Shown: positions 19,184-28,004 of the stretch, piece by piece | Numbering within the stretch: the first letter of the stretch is position 1 | Layout of the letters: every line of letters begins with the position of its first letter | Assembly (NCBI GenBank): GCA_947177015.1 | Contig: CAMWSV010000001.1 | Location: forward strand, 1 to 37,463 | DNA: 37,463 nucleotides | Direction: 5' to 3' | Origin: an uncultured Porphyromonadaceae bacterium | GTDB lineage: Bacteria > Bacteroidota > Bacteroidia > Bacteroidales > Muribaculaceae | Program-made: the position numbers and the translations under genes | Notes under the pieces: model-generated | What the model was told of the DNA's origin: nothing | Seen by the model: the letters and a program-made list of their open reading frames with translations, nothing else | The model's database searches: none

Positions 19184-20098
19184 TTATTTTTCTATCACTT
19201 TGGTGCTTATCACTTTTATATCTTCTACCGGACGGTCTGACGAGTCTGTGACTGCGTTCTGGATTTTTTCCACCACATCCATACCTTCGAGCACCTCACC
19301 AAACACTGTATATTGACCATCAAGATGTGGAGTGCCCCCTATTGTCTGATAGTCGTTCTTCATCTCTTCGGTAAGTGTCGGCACTTTCACTTCCTTTTCA
19401 AGACGCTCTATGAGTTCCTGACGGAATTGCTCAAGACCTTCGCGGTTGCCGCTCGACTGCATGCTGCGGATTGTGTCGATATTCTCTTTCTGGAGTTTCA
19501 TCCAATATTGCTGCTTGGCATCATTGGCAAGACGCTCTTCCATAATCTGGAGATGACGCGGCGTCTGCTTCTCGCCGGTCACGATATAGAACTGGCTCCC
19601 TGATGAACGACGCTCCGGATTGACGTTATCGCCGGTGCGCGCCGCCGCTAATGCTCCGTATTTGTGATAATGGCGCGGGTAGTTGATCTCTGCGGGCAAG
19701 GTATATCCGGGATCTCCGGCTCCGAGGGGGGTACCCTTACCGGCTGTCTTGGAATTCGGGTCGCCGGTCTGCACCATGAAGTCTTTTATAACTCTGTGAA
19801 AGAGCACCCCGTCATAATATCCTTCCTCCACATGCTTCAGGAAGTTATCGCGATGAAGGGGGGTGTCTCCGTAAAGTTTCACCTTGATCGGACCCTCGGT
19901 GGTGACAATCTCCACGATTGCATCACGATCCGATACTGCAGCCGGCTCCTGCGCCGCGGCTGACGCTGTCTTTTTTGTCTGTGTCATTGCGCTTTTGGCG
20001 GTCGTGCGCTTGCGCGTCTGCTTCTTCACCACTTCCGATGCCGCCGCAAACATACATGCAGTCACAACCAAACATATAAGTATATATATCTTTTTCAT
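19184..20098 (-). CDS. Cyclophilin-type peptidyl-prolyl cis-trans isomerase, exported
   Basis: Signal peptide; FHRVIKDFMVQTGDP, SSGSQFYIV, HLDGQYTVFGEV, with an internal helical insertion. Confidence 0.95.
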   Translation of the reverse strand: MKKIYILICLVVTACMFAAASEVVKKQTRKRTTAKSAMTQTKKTASAAAQEPAAVSDRDAIVEIVTTEGPIKVKLYGDTPLHRDNFLKHVEEGYYDGVLFHRVIKDFMVQTGDPNSKTAGKGTPLGAGDPGYTLPAEINYPRHYHKYGALAAARTGDNVNPERRSSGSQFYIVTGEKQTPRHLQIMEERLANDAKQQYWMKLQKENIDTIRSMQSSGNREGLEQFRQELIERLEKEVKVPTLTEEMKNDYQTIGGTPHLDGQYTVFGEVLEGMDVVEKIQNAVTDSSDRPVEDIKVISTKVIEK

Positions 20099-20146
20099 AT
20101 CTTTCTTGCTCTGCAGCGAAGAGTTGTTTTTCTATTCCGGGAGAAC

Positions 20147-20524
20147 TCAGTCAAAAGTGCCCGTGGCGTAAACACGCTTATACACCTTGCGGAAAAGATC
20201 ATCCTTCTCCCTGAGTTCTTCGGCGCACTCTTTATAGTCCGCACCCCAGATAGCCTCAAGCAGATGACCGATATATCTGCGCTCGCGATCCTTCTCGATA
20301 GCGGATTCAATCAGGGCAGGAAGAAACTCCTCGAATGTCTCACGGTCTACTGCCACGAGAAATCTCGCAGTACTGCATAGAAACTGTCCGCTGACATCTG
20401 CCTTCTTAAGGTCGAAAATCAACTGATCAAGTCGGTCTTTGCAGGTATCTACGTTATTTACAATCTCTTCATATATCGCCATGCCGTCTTCTTCCGACAT
20501 GTTTTTATTTGAATTTTCGCTCAT
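20147..20524 (-). CDS. Hypothetical acidic helical protein
   Basis: 125-aa ORF with AT-rich start region and upstream -7 box, co-oriented with the cyclophilin operon; no family recognised. Confidence 0.75.
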   Translation of the reverse strand: MSENSNKNMSEEDGMAIYEEIVNNVDTCKDRLDQLIFDLKKADVSGQFLCSTARFLVAVDRETFEEFLPALIESAIEKDRERRYIGHLLEAIWGADYKECAEELREKDDLFRKVYKRVYATGTFD

Positions 20525-20542
20525 AACTTAACGTAATTTGCG

Positions 20543-20590
20543 CAAAAATAACAAAAAATTTTATCATTACACCGATTTTAATTAAATTTG
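20543..20590. promoter_or_regulatory. Divergent -7 promoter boxes
   Basis: TATTTTTG on minus (20543-20550) and TAAATTTG on plus (20583-20590). Confidence 0.5.
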
Positions 20591-20749
20591 TGACGGATTT
20601 GGAGTATTTAACCCCGATTTTACTCCTTTTTCTCCCTCTTCTTTCCCCCTCTTCCCCTCCAATTTTACTTTATTTGAATCTTTGATTCATCTTCCGTAAG
20701 CATTCTTATGCTCCCGCAGGCTTGAATCTTTCTATATTTATCACCTACC

Positions 20750-21367
20750 ATGACCCCTTCAGATCTGATCATTGTTGTTGGTCGCCAATTCGGCAGCGGC
20801 GGCAGAAAAATAGGCAAAGCCCTGGCAAAGCATTACGGTCTCGATTACTATGATAAGGAGATGCTTTCGGAGGCTGCCGTAAGGTTCGGCATGAACCCCG
20901 ACATCTTCGCCCGCTACGATGAGAAACGCCCTTCGCCACTGCGTTCTCTGCTCAGCAACGCTTTCGGAGTGGCTGAATCTTACGAAAATTCCATGAGCAG
21001 CGAGTCGATTTATCAGCGACAGAGTTATGTGATCAGGCAGTTGGCTGAAAAAAAAGGGTGTGTATTCGTCGGGCGTTCGGCTGATTATATTCTCCGCGAA
21101 CATCCACATCTGGTCAGCATATTCCTCCACGCTCCCATCGAGCATCGCGCGAAAGCAATCCTCGACCGCGGCGATGCCAAATCTATTGATAAGGCGAAGG
21201 AGTTTGCCAACAAAATCGATGCCTCGCGCGAAAATTTCTATAATTACTTCGCCGGCAGCGGCTGGGGACACGCCGATAATTATCACCTCACTCTCAACTC
21301 CGCTCTCCTCGGCGAGGATGCCACTCTCGAAGTGATAAAGTCTTATATCGACAATCGATTCAAATAA
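20750..21367 (+). CDS. Cytidylate kinase-like family protein
   Basis: IVVGRQFGSGGRKIG P-loop, YYDKE, CVFVGRSADYIL, YHLTLNS. Confidence 0.9.
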   Translation: MTPSDLIIVVGRQFGSGGRKIGKALAKHYGLDYYDKEMLSEAAVRFGMNPDIFARYDEKRPSPLRSLLSNAFGVAESYENSMSSESIYQRQSYVIRQLAEKKGCVFVGRSADYILREHPHLVSIFLHAPIEHRAKAILDRGDAKSIDKAKEFANKIDASRENFYNYFAGSGWGHADNYHLTLNSALLGEDATLEVIKSYIDNRFK

Positions 21368-21557
21368 ATAAAACCTTTCCACATCTTAAGTGTTAATTTA
21401 ATATAAATTGTAGGAATCGCCGTTAAATGTCCTATTAAGCGCTGATCAGCAAATTATCCTTTGGTAATGCAATCCTCGGCTTAATTCTTGAATCAGCATA
21501 CTCTCCGGCACGGCATCCCCCTGATTTACCTCGACAGTTGATATTAATACAATACTT

Positions 21558-22238
21558 ATGAAAGGAAAAAATTATCTCTTCACTTATGTCTCGGCGCTTG
21601 TGATAGGCATCCTGCTCCTCATCTATCATGACAAAGCGCAGTTATATAACAGTGTGGTAATCGCCATCGGCGCGCTTATCGCACTCCCGAGTCTGATTCT
21701 CCTCATCATCGAAGTCGCTCGCGGCAAACGCAAGCCGGCCGAAGGTGAAATCATCACCCGCTCTAAACGTGCCGAAAAAGCGGCATCAAACTGGGCCACC
21801 ATCGTCACCGGACTTGCAGGTCTCATACTGGGTATTTGGATGCTATGCTCTCCGGGATTCTTCATCAAAGCCATCATTTACACTCTGGGCGGAATCCTGA
21901 TCCTTGTAGGCATTGTCCAGATCTCTGCCATCTACAGCGCAGCGCGCCCTGTGCGCCCGATCGCTCTGTGGTTTATCATCCCGGTGCTGACGCTGATCGC
22001 CGGATTGGTAATCATTCTGATGGGACCCGATAAAGTATCTGCCGCAGCCGGATTGATTGCCGGTATCTCTTTAGTGGTTTATGCCGCCAATGGATTCGCA
22101 GCCGCCGGAAGAGAAGCCAAAGTGGTGGCTGACCTCGACAAGGCAGTCGGTGAGACTCCTGAAAAAATTGAATCTGCAGAAAAGTCTGAAGATTCCGAAT
22201 CGAAATCTGAAAATACTGATTCGGAAGCCGAAAAGTGA
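21558..22238 (+). CDS. DUF308/HdeD-like membrane protein
   Basis: About six Gly-rich TM helices in repeated pairs, and an acidic disordered C-terminal tail. Confidence 0.7.
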   Translation: MKGKNYLFTYVSALVIGILLLIYHDKAQLYNSVVIAIGALIALPSLILLIIEVARGKRKPAEGEIITRSKRAEKAASNWATIVTGLAGLILGIWMLCSPGFFIKAIIYTLGGILILVGIVQISAIYSAARPVRPIALWFIIPVLTLIAGLVIILMGPDKVSAAAGLIAGISLVVYAANGFAAAGREAKVVADLDKAVGETPEKIESAEKSEDSESKSENTDSEAEK

Positions 22239-22277
22239 TTCTTCATCCATCGGATTCCGTATCTTCCGATGCATTAC

Positions 22278-22668
22278 AGCAGAAGGGCCGACGATCGCTT
22301 CATGCCGGGAGCATGAAGAGGAAAGTCCGGGCAACGTAGAGCAGCATACTTTCTAACGGAAAGTCGGAGGCGACTCTGAGGATAATGTGACAGAAAACAA
22401 CCGCCATGCCGCGTATCCACGTCGGCACGGTAAGGGTGAAAAGGCGGGGTAAGAGCCCACCGGCTCCCGTGGCGACCCGGGAGGCCGCACATCCTATGTG
22501 TTGCAAGGTCAAGTATACCGGCATTTAAGGATTGCTCGTCCATTGCCGGGGGGTAGGCCGCTAAAGTCGGCGGGCAACCGTCTGACTCAGATAAATGATC
22601 GTCAGCATCGCGCATGGATTCTACAGATTCCCGCTATGCCACATAACCCGGCTTATAACCCTTCTGCT
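22278..22668 (+). ncRNA. rnpB: RNase P RNA, bacterial type A
   Basis: GAGGAAAGTCCGGGC, ACAGAAA, GGGTGAAAAGGCGGGGTAAGAGCCCACCG, AGATAAATGATCG, ACATAACCCGGCTTA; P1 formed by AGCAGAAGGG/CCCTTCTGCT. Confidence 0.98.
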
Positions 22669-22677
22669 CATTCTCTG

Positions 22678-22730
22678 AGGGGATGGATTCGTTGATTTTC
22701 CATCGATTCCATCCCCTCCCTTTTTCCTCT
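22678..22730 (+). terminator. Hairpin plus pyrimidine tract downstream of rnpB
   Basis: GGGATGGA...TCCATCCC stem followed by CCCTTTTT. Confidence 0.5.
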
Positions 22731-22924
22731 TTCCTTACTTCCCTTTTTCCTTTTCCCTTACTTCCCTTTTTTCTCCCTTTTCCTTTACATATTCCATCAC
22801 CTCTCCTCTCTTCCGCTCCTTCTGTTTTCCTCTCTGCCTCTCCTCTCAGCATTATATATTTCGTCCGGGAGTGAGATTTATCGAAACCCGAATCCTTCAA
22901 TCAATTGATACCACCACATCCTCT

Positions 22925-24319
22925 ATGAAAAATACTTTACCTAAAATCATAGCACGCATCAAGGCTCTATATAATTTCTGCACTGTCGGTGTGTGGAAAA
23001 CCACCCGCGACACCCTCTCCGTCCGCATAGTCAAGACTCTCAACCTCTCTGTGCGTTCCTTCTTCGACCGCGATCTGCAGATGAAGTCAGCATCTCTCAC
23101 TTATTCCTCAGTACTCGCACTCGTCCCTGCCCTGGCTCTCATGCTCGCTATCGGCCGCGGTTTCGGACTGCAGGATCTTATATCCAATTCTCTCTACTCC
23201 TATTTTCCGTCGCAGCATAAAGCACTCGAAACGTCAATGACGTTCGTGGATTCTTACCTCAAGGAGGCTAACAACGGAATTTTCGTTGGTGTCGGTATAA
23301 TCATCCTGCTCTGGACCGTGGTGTCTTTGCTATCCACCGTGGAGGAAGCATTCAATAATGTATGGGATATTAAAAAGGACCGAACGATTTATCAGAAAAT
23401 CACCGATTACATCGCCATCTGTCTCTTAGTCCCCATCCTGATGATATGCTCGTCGGGTGTTTCGATATTTATGTCTACGATTGTCCAAAACAACGTGCAC
23501 CTCGCTTTCCTCAGCCCGTTGGTCAACATTTCGCTCGAACTTGCACCTCTCTTCCTGGTATGGATCGCCTTCACTCTCTCCTATTATCTGATTCCGAACA
23601 CCAAGGTGCAGATTAAATATGCAGCCGTAGCCGGGGCTATCTGTGCCGTCGCTTTCCAGATTATTCAGTTGATGTTCGTGAATGGTCAGATCTACGTATC
23701 GAAATATAACGCCATCTACGGCTCGTTCTCTTTCCTCCCCTTGCTCCTCATCTGGATGCAACTTTCCTGGCTCGTATTGCTCTTCGGATGCGTACTCACC
23801 TATTCTCTGCAGAATATCTTCGCCTTTAACTTCTTAGGCGATGTCACCACCATTTCGCGCGATTACCGCCGCAAGATATCGCTCGTGGTGGCAGCCGTGA
23901 TTTATCAGCGTTTCCATGAGGGTCGAACCCCGCTCACCCGCAACGATATTTCGGTGCTCTATGACATACCGATCCGCATAGTCGGCGATATCACTTACGA
24001 TCTCCAGAGGTGCGGACTCATCTATACAGTGCTGGTCAAGGATGATACTCTGGGCTATTCTCCCGCTCTCGATACTCCCACACTCAGCGTCGGCACCGTA
24101 TTGCGACGCCTCGATGCTCTCGGAGATTCGGATTTCATACCGCGATTCAAGGCTATATATCCACAACTCATAGCCCTTACCGACAAATGGAATGAAATGG
24201 CTTGGAACGACGCTGACTCCACTATGGTAATCAATCTCCCGATACCTCAACCTCAGACCATAAAGGAGGTCATCGCCTCCACCGATCCCCGTACACATGA
24301 TTCCAAGAGTGCCGATTGA
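22925..24319 (+). CDS. YihY/virulence factor BrkB family membrane protein
   Basis: SASLTYSSVLALVP, EEAFNNVW, YNAIYGSFSFLPLLLIW. Start moved to the ATG at 22925. Confidence 0.92.
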   Translation: MKNTLPKIIARIKALYNFCTVGVWKTTRDTLSVRIVKTLNLSVRSFFDRDLQMKSASLTYSSVLALVPALALMLAIGRGFGLQDLISNSLYSYFPSQHKALETSMTFVDSYLKEANNGIFVGVGIIILLWTVVSLLSTVEEAFNNVWDIKKDRTIYQKITDYIAICLLVPILMICSSGVSIFMSTIVQNNVHLAFLSPLVNISLELAPLFLVWIAFTLSYYLIPNTKVQIKYAAVAGAICAVAFQIIQLMFVNGQIYVSKYNAIYGSFSFLPLLLIWMQLSWLVLLFGCVLTYSLQNIFAFNFLGDVTTISRDYRRKISLVVAAVIYQRFHEGRTPLTRNDISVLYDIPIRIVGDITYDLQRCGLIYTVLVKDDTLGYSPALDTPTLSVGTVLRRLDALGDSDFIPRFKAIYPQLIALTDKWNEMAWNDADSTMVINLPIPQPQTIKEVIASTDPRTHDSKSAD

Positions 24320-24498
24320 GGATTAAGCAGGTTTTCTAAATAGAGTTTTTGTTACATTCTTTTAAACTTTTCTTTCACCGGAGTTTTTTTTATTACATAA
24401 AGTATTCTCTCTGAATAATAATTATTATTTTTGCAATCAGTAATTATTGTAGCGCAATTATTATTGCCGAGTAATTATTATTTGAGTGAAGTGATTGT

Positions 24499-24506
24499 TA
24501 CCTTTG
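24499..24506 (+). promoter_or_regulatory. Putative -7 box of the glycogen operon
   Basis: TACCTTTG followed by CA, 35 bp upstream of the ATG. Confidence 0.55.
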
Positions 24507-24540
24507 CATACTTTCAAACCTATATAACCTTGGCTCGCCT

Positions 24541-26508
24541 ATGAGTTACCTGAAATTTGATAAAAGCCTTATGATAAACTTGGAGCAATCTCTACCCAAA
24601 GAGATGCTCCGCACCAATAAATCCGGTGCCTATCATTGCACCACTATCGTGGGGTGCAACACTCGTAAACAGCACGGCCTGCTCGTGATTCCAATTCCGG
24701 AAATGGACGATAAGGCGCATATCCTCCTGTCGTCGCTCGATGAGACGGTCATACAGCATGGTGCTCCCTTCAATCTCGGACTACATCAGTATGCCGGCGA
24801 TGTCTTCGCTCCGAACGGACATAAATATATCCGCGAATTCAATTGCGAAACCGTGCCTACCGTCACCTATCGCGTCGGAGGTGTAGTGCTCACGAAGGAA
24901 AAGGTATTCATCTCGCACGAAAACCGCATCCTTATAAAGTACACCCTTTTGGAGGCTCACTCCGACACCACCTTACAGTTCCGCCCGTTTCTCGCTTTCC
25001 GCAACGCCAACGATCTCTGCATCGAGAATCAGGCTATCAATAAGAATGTGCGACCCGTCGACAACGGTATCGCCACCTGCCTCTATCAGGGCTATCCGGA
25101 ACTATTCATGCAGTTCAATAAGGAGGTGAAGTGGGTCAATGACGGACACTGGAATAAAAACATCATCTATTACAAAGACCGCGATCGTGGAATCCCCTTC
25201 ACCGAAGATCTATGGGTGCCCGGATATTTCGAACTCCCCATCCGAAAGGGTGAGTCGATTATATTCTCCGCTTCCACTTTCCCCACCGACCCGGCTGATT
25301 TTGAAAAGACCTACGAACGGGAACTCGTATCGCGCACCTCGCGCACTTCGTTTTATAACTGCCTGAAGAATTCCGCCAAGCAGTTCTATCTCAAAAAACC
25401 GGGTGAGGGAATGTATATCATGGCGGGATATCCGTGGTATAACGTCCGCGGACGCGATGAACTCATCGCCCTGCCGGGATGTACACTCGCCATCGACCAT
25501 CGCGATGATTTCCTCGCCATGACCGATACTTTCCTCCATGCCCTTCGCAAATATATCGATGAAGGGGTCAAGGATTCCGTCATCACCGATATCGACCTCC
25601 CCGACATCCCCCTCTGGACCATCTGGGCTATCCAGCAGTATCGACGCCGCTACGGCATCGCTGAATGTAGAGAGAAGTATGGAGAGGCTGTGGAGCGCCT
25701 GGTAGAAGACATCCGCGCCAACCGCATCAATAATCTCGCGCTGGATTCCAATGGTCTCCTCTCATCAAATGGCACCGACAAACCTGTCACCTGGCTCTCG
25801 GCTTCCCTCGCAGGCAAACCCCTCATCCCGCGCTCGGGATATATCGTGGAGTTCAACGCTCTATGGTATAACGCCATCAAGTTCCTGATTGCTCTCTATA
25901 GCGATATTCCCGAAAAGGGTGAGTATGTTCGCCAACTCGAAGTGTTGGCTGAGAAGGTGAAGGAGTCTTTCATTGCTACATTCCTCAACGATTACGGCTA
26001 TCTCTACGATTACGTCAACGGCGCATATACCGATCTTGAGGTGCGACCCAATATGGTAATCGCAATCGGACTGGAATATTCTCCCCTCGATCGCCGTCAA
26101 CGCAAGAAGATTCTCGATCTCGCCACACGTGAACTCCTCACTCCGAAAGGTATCCGTTCGCTCAGCCCCAAGAGTTACGCCTATACTCCCCTCTATGTAG
26201 GTTCGCCCGAGGAGCGCGAGCGCGCCGTGCACCAGGGTCCCGCGCGTCCGTGGCTCTTCGGATTCTACGCCGATGCCTATATCAAGGTGTTCGGTCTCAG
26301 CGGACTCGGATTCATCGAGCGTATGCTCATCGGCTACGAGGATGAAATGACTGAAGGCTGTATCGGTTCGCTCTCCGAAATGTATGACGCAAATCCCCCC
26401 TATACGGGCCGCGGAGCCGTCTCAACAGCAAAAAATGTTGGCGAGATACTCCGCACTATCAGAAATGTGAAAGAACTCAACAAACTACAAACCGCTCAAG
26501 AAGACTAA
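24541..26508 (+). CDS. Glycogen debranching enzyme (amylo-alpha-1,6-glucosidase family)
   Basis: CNTRKQHGLL N-terminal domain, AGYPW..RGRD, VEFNALWYNA, RPNMVIA, GIRSLSP, SLSEMYD. Confidence 0.92.
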   Translation: MSYLKFDKSLMINLEQSLPKEMLRTNKSGAYHCTTIVGCNTRKQHGLLVIPIPEMDDKAHILLSSLDETVIQHGAPFNLGLHQYAGDVFAPNGHKYIREFNCETVPTVTYRVGGVVLTKEKVFISHENRILIKYTLLEAHSDTTLQFRPFLAFRNANDLCIENQAINKNVRPVDNGIATCLYQGYPELFMQFNKEVKWVNDGHWNKNIIYYKDRDRGIPFTEDLWVPGYFELPIRKGESIIFSASTFPTDPADFEKTYERELVSRTSRTSFYNCLKNSAKQFYLKKPGEGMYIMAGYPWYNVRGRDELIALPGCTLAIDHRDDFLAMTDTFLHALRKYIDEGVKDSVITDIDLPDIPLWTIWAIQQYRRRYGIAECREKYGEAVERLVEDIRANRINNLALDSNGLLSSNGTDKPVTWLSASLAGKPLIPRSGYIVEFNALWYNAIKFLIALYSDIPEKGEYVRQLEVLAEKVKESFIATFLNDYGYLYDYVNGAYTDLEVRPNMVIAIGLEYSPLDRRQRKKILDLATRELLTPKGIRSLSPKSYAYTPLYVGSPEERERAVHQGPARPWLFGFYADAYIKVFGLSGLGFIERMLIGYEDEMTEGCIGSLSEMYDANPPYTGRGAVSTAKNVGEILRTIRNVKELNKLQTAQED

Positions 26509-26511
26509 TTC

Positions 26512-27786
26512 ATGAAGGCTCTAATGTTCGGGTGGGAATTCCCCCCTCATATTCTCGGAGGTCTCGGCACTGCCTCGTATGGCCTCACCAAGGGGATGCA
26601 CAATAACGGAGATATGGATATCACTTTCGTCATCCCTAAGCCCTGGGGCGACGAGGAGAAAGGCTTCGCTCAGATCATCGGTGCCTGCAACACCCCAGTT
26701 GCCTGGCGCGACGTAAGTTGGGACTACGTGAATTCCCGGCTCGGTAAATACATGGACCCCCAACTATATTTCGATCTGCGCGATCATATATATGCCGACT
26801 TCAATTATCTCCATCTCAACGATCTCGGTTGCATCGAGTTCTCGGGCAGATACCCTGACAACCTGCTTGAGGAAATCAATAACTATTCGATCGTGGCAGG
26901 CGTCATAGCCCGCACTGTGGAGTGCGACATTATCCACTCTCACGATTGGCTCACGTATCCCGCCGGAATCCATGCCAAACGCATCACGGGCAAACCCCTC
27001 GTGATCCACGTTCATGCCACCGACTTCGACCGCTCGCGCGGCAACGTCAATCCCACCGTCTTCGCTATCGAGAAAGACGGAATGGAACAGGCTGACCATA
27101 TCATCACCGTCTCCGAACTCACGCGACGCACCGTTATCGACAAATATGGCATAAATCCCGATAAGGTCACCACCGTACACAACGCCGTGATTCCTCTCAG
27201 CGAGGATCTTCTCTCCATTCCACGCCCGGAATCCAAAGATAAGGTGATCACATTCCTCGGCAGAATCACCATGCAGAAGGGTCCGGAGTATTTCGTGGAG
27301 GCTGCCGCAAAGGTGCTTCAGAAGAATAAAAACGTGCGCTTCGTGATGGCAGGTTCAGGAGATATGATGGACGCAATGATTAAACTCGCTGCAAAACGAG
27401 GCATCGCCGATAAGTTCCACTTCACCGGATTCCTTAAAGGCAGGGAGGTTTACGAGATGCTCGCCGCCTCGGATGTCTACGTCATGCCTTCCGTGTCCGA
27501 GCCGTTCGGCATCTCCCCGCTCGAAGCCATGGAGATGGGTGTCCCCTCCATCATTTCCAAGCAAAGCGGATGCGCCGAAATTCTCGACAACGTTATCAAG
27601 ACCGATTACTGGGATATCGACGCCATGGCAGACGCCATGCACTCCATCGTTACAAACCCCGCGCTTCATAAGACTCTGCGCGACCAAGGCATCGAGGAGA
27701 TTCACGGCATCACCTGGGAGAAAGCAGGCAAAAAGGTTATCGACATATATAAGAATGTGATCGAAGCCAACGAGAAATCCAAATAA
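26512..27786 (+). CDS. GT4 glycosyltransferase (probable glucan/glycogen synthase role)
   Basis: FGWEFPPHILGGLG, HSHDW, GRITMQKG, PSVSEPFGISPLEAM (EX7E). Confidence 0.93.
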   Translation: MKALMFGWEFPPHILGGLGTASYGLTKGMHNNGDMDITFVIPKPWGDEEKGFAQIIGACNTPVAWRDVSWDYVNSRLGKYMDPQLYFDLRDHIYADFNYLHLNDLGCIEFSGRYPDNLLEEINNYSIVAGVIARTVECDIIHSHDWLTYPAGIHAKRITGKPLVIHVHATDFDRSRGNVNPTVFAIEKDGMEQADHIITVSELTRRTVIDKYGINPDKVTTVHNAVIPLSEDLLSIPRPESKDKVITFLGRITMQKGPEYFVEAAAKVLQKNKNVRFVMAGSGDMMDAMIKLAAKRGIADKFHFTGFLKGREVYEMLAASDVYVMPSVSEPFGISPLEAMEMGVPSIISKQSGCAEILDNVIKTDYWDIDAMADAMHSIVTNPALHKTLRDQGIEEIHGITWEKAGKKVIDIYKNVIEANEKSK

Positions 27787-28004
27787 CCTCGCTGCAGATC
27801 TTACCGGCGATCTCCACAAAAACCTTCGGTACCCACTCCCAGATGTTACCGGCAATCCCCCCAAAACCGCCTATAACCTCATCAAGCATTATCCAATCCC
27901 TCTGCAAGGATATCAGATATTTACGGCATCAGCAATAATCTATCAATGGTATAATCCTCGCATTAGGTTAATCAATATATAAAATTCCTTATTTTCTTCA
28001 TATT

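Noticed and set aside
20759-21382. 207-aa minus-strand ORF
   Set aside because: Antisense shadow of the cytidylate-kinase-like gene; no motifs.
22274-22900. Several short ORFs over rnpB and the pyrimidine tract
   Set aside because: Explained by the RNase P RNA and low-complexity sequence.
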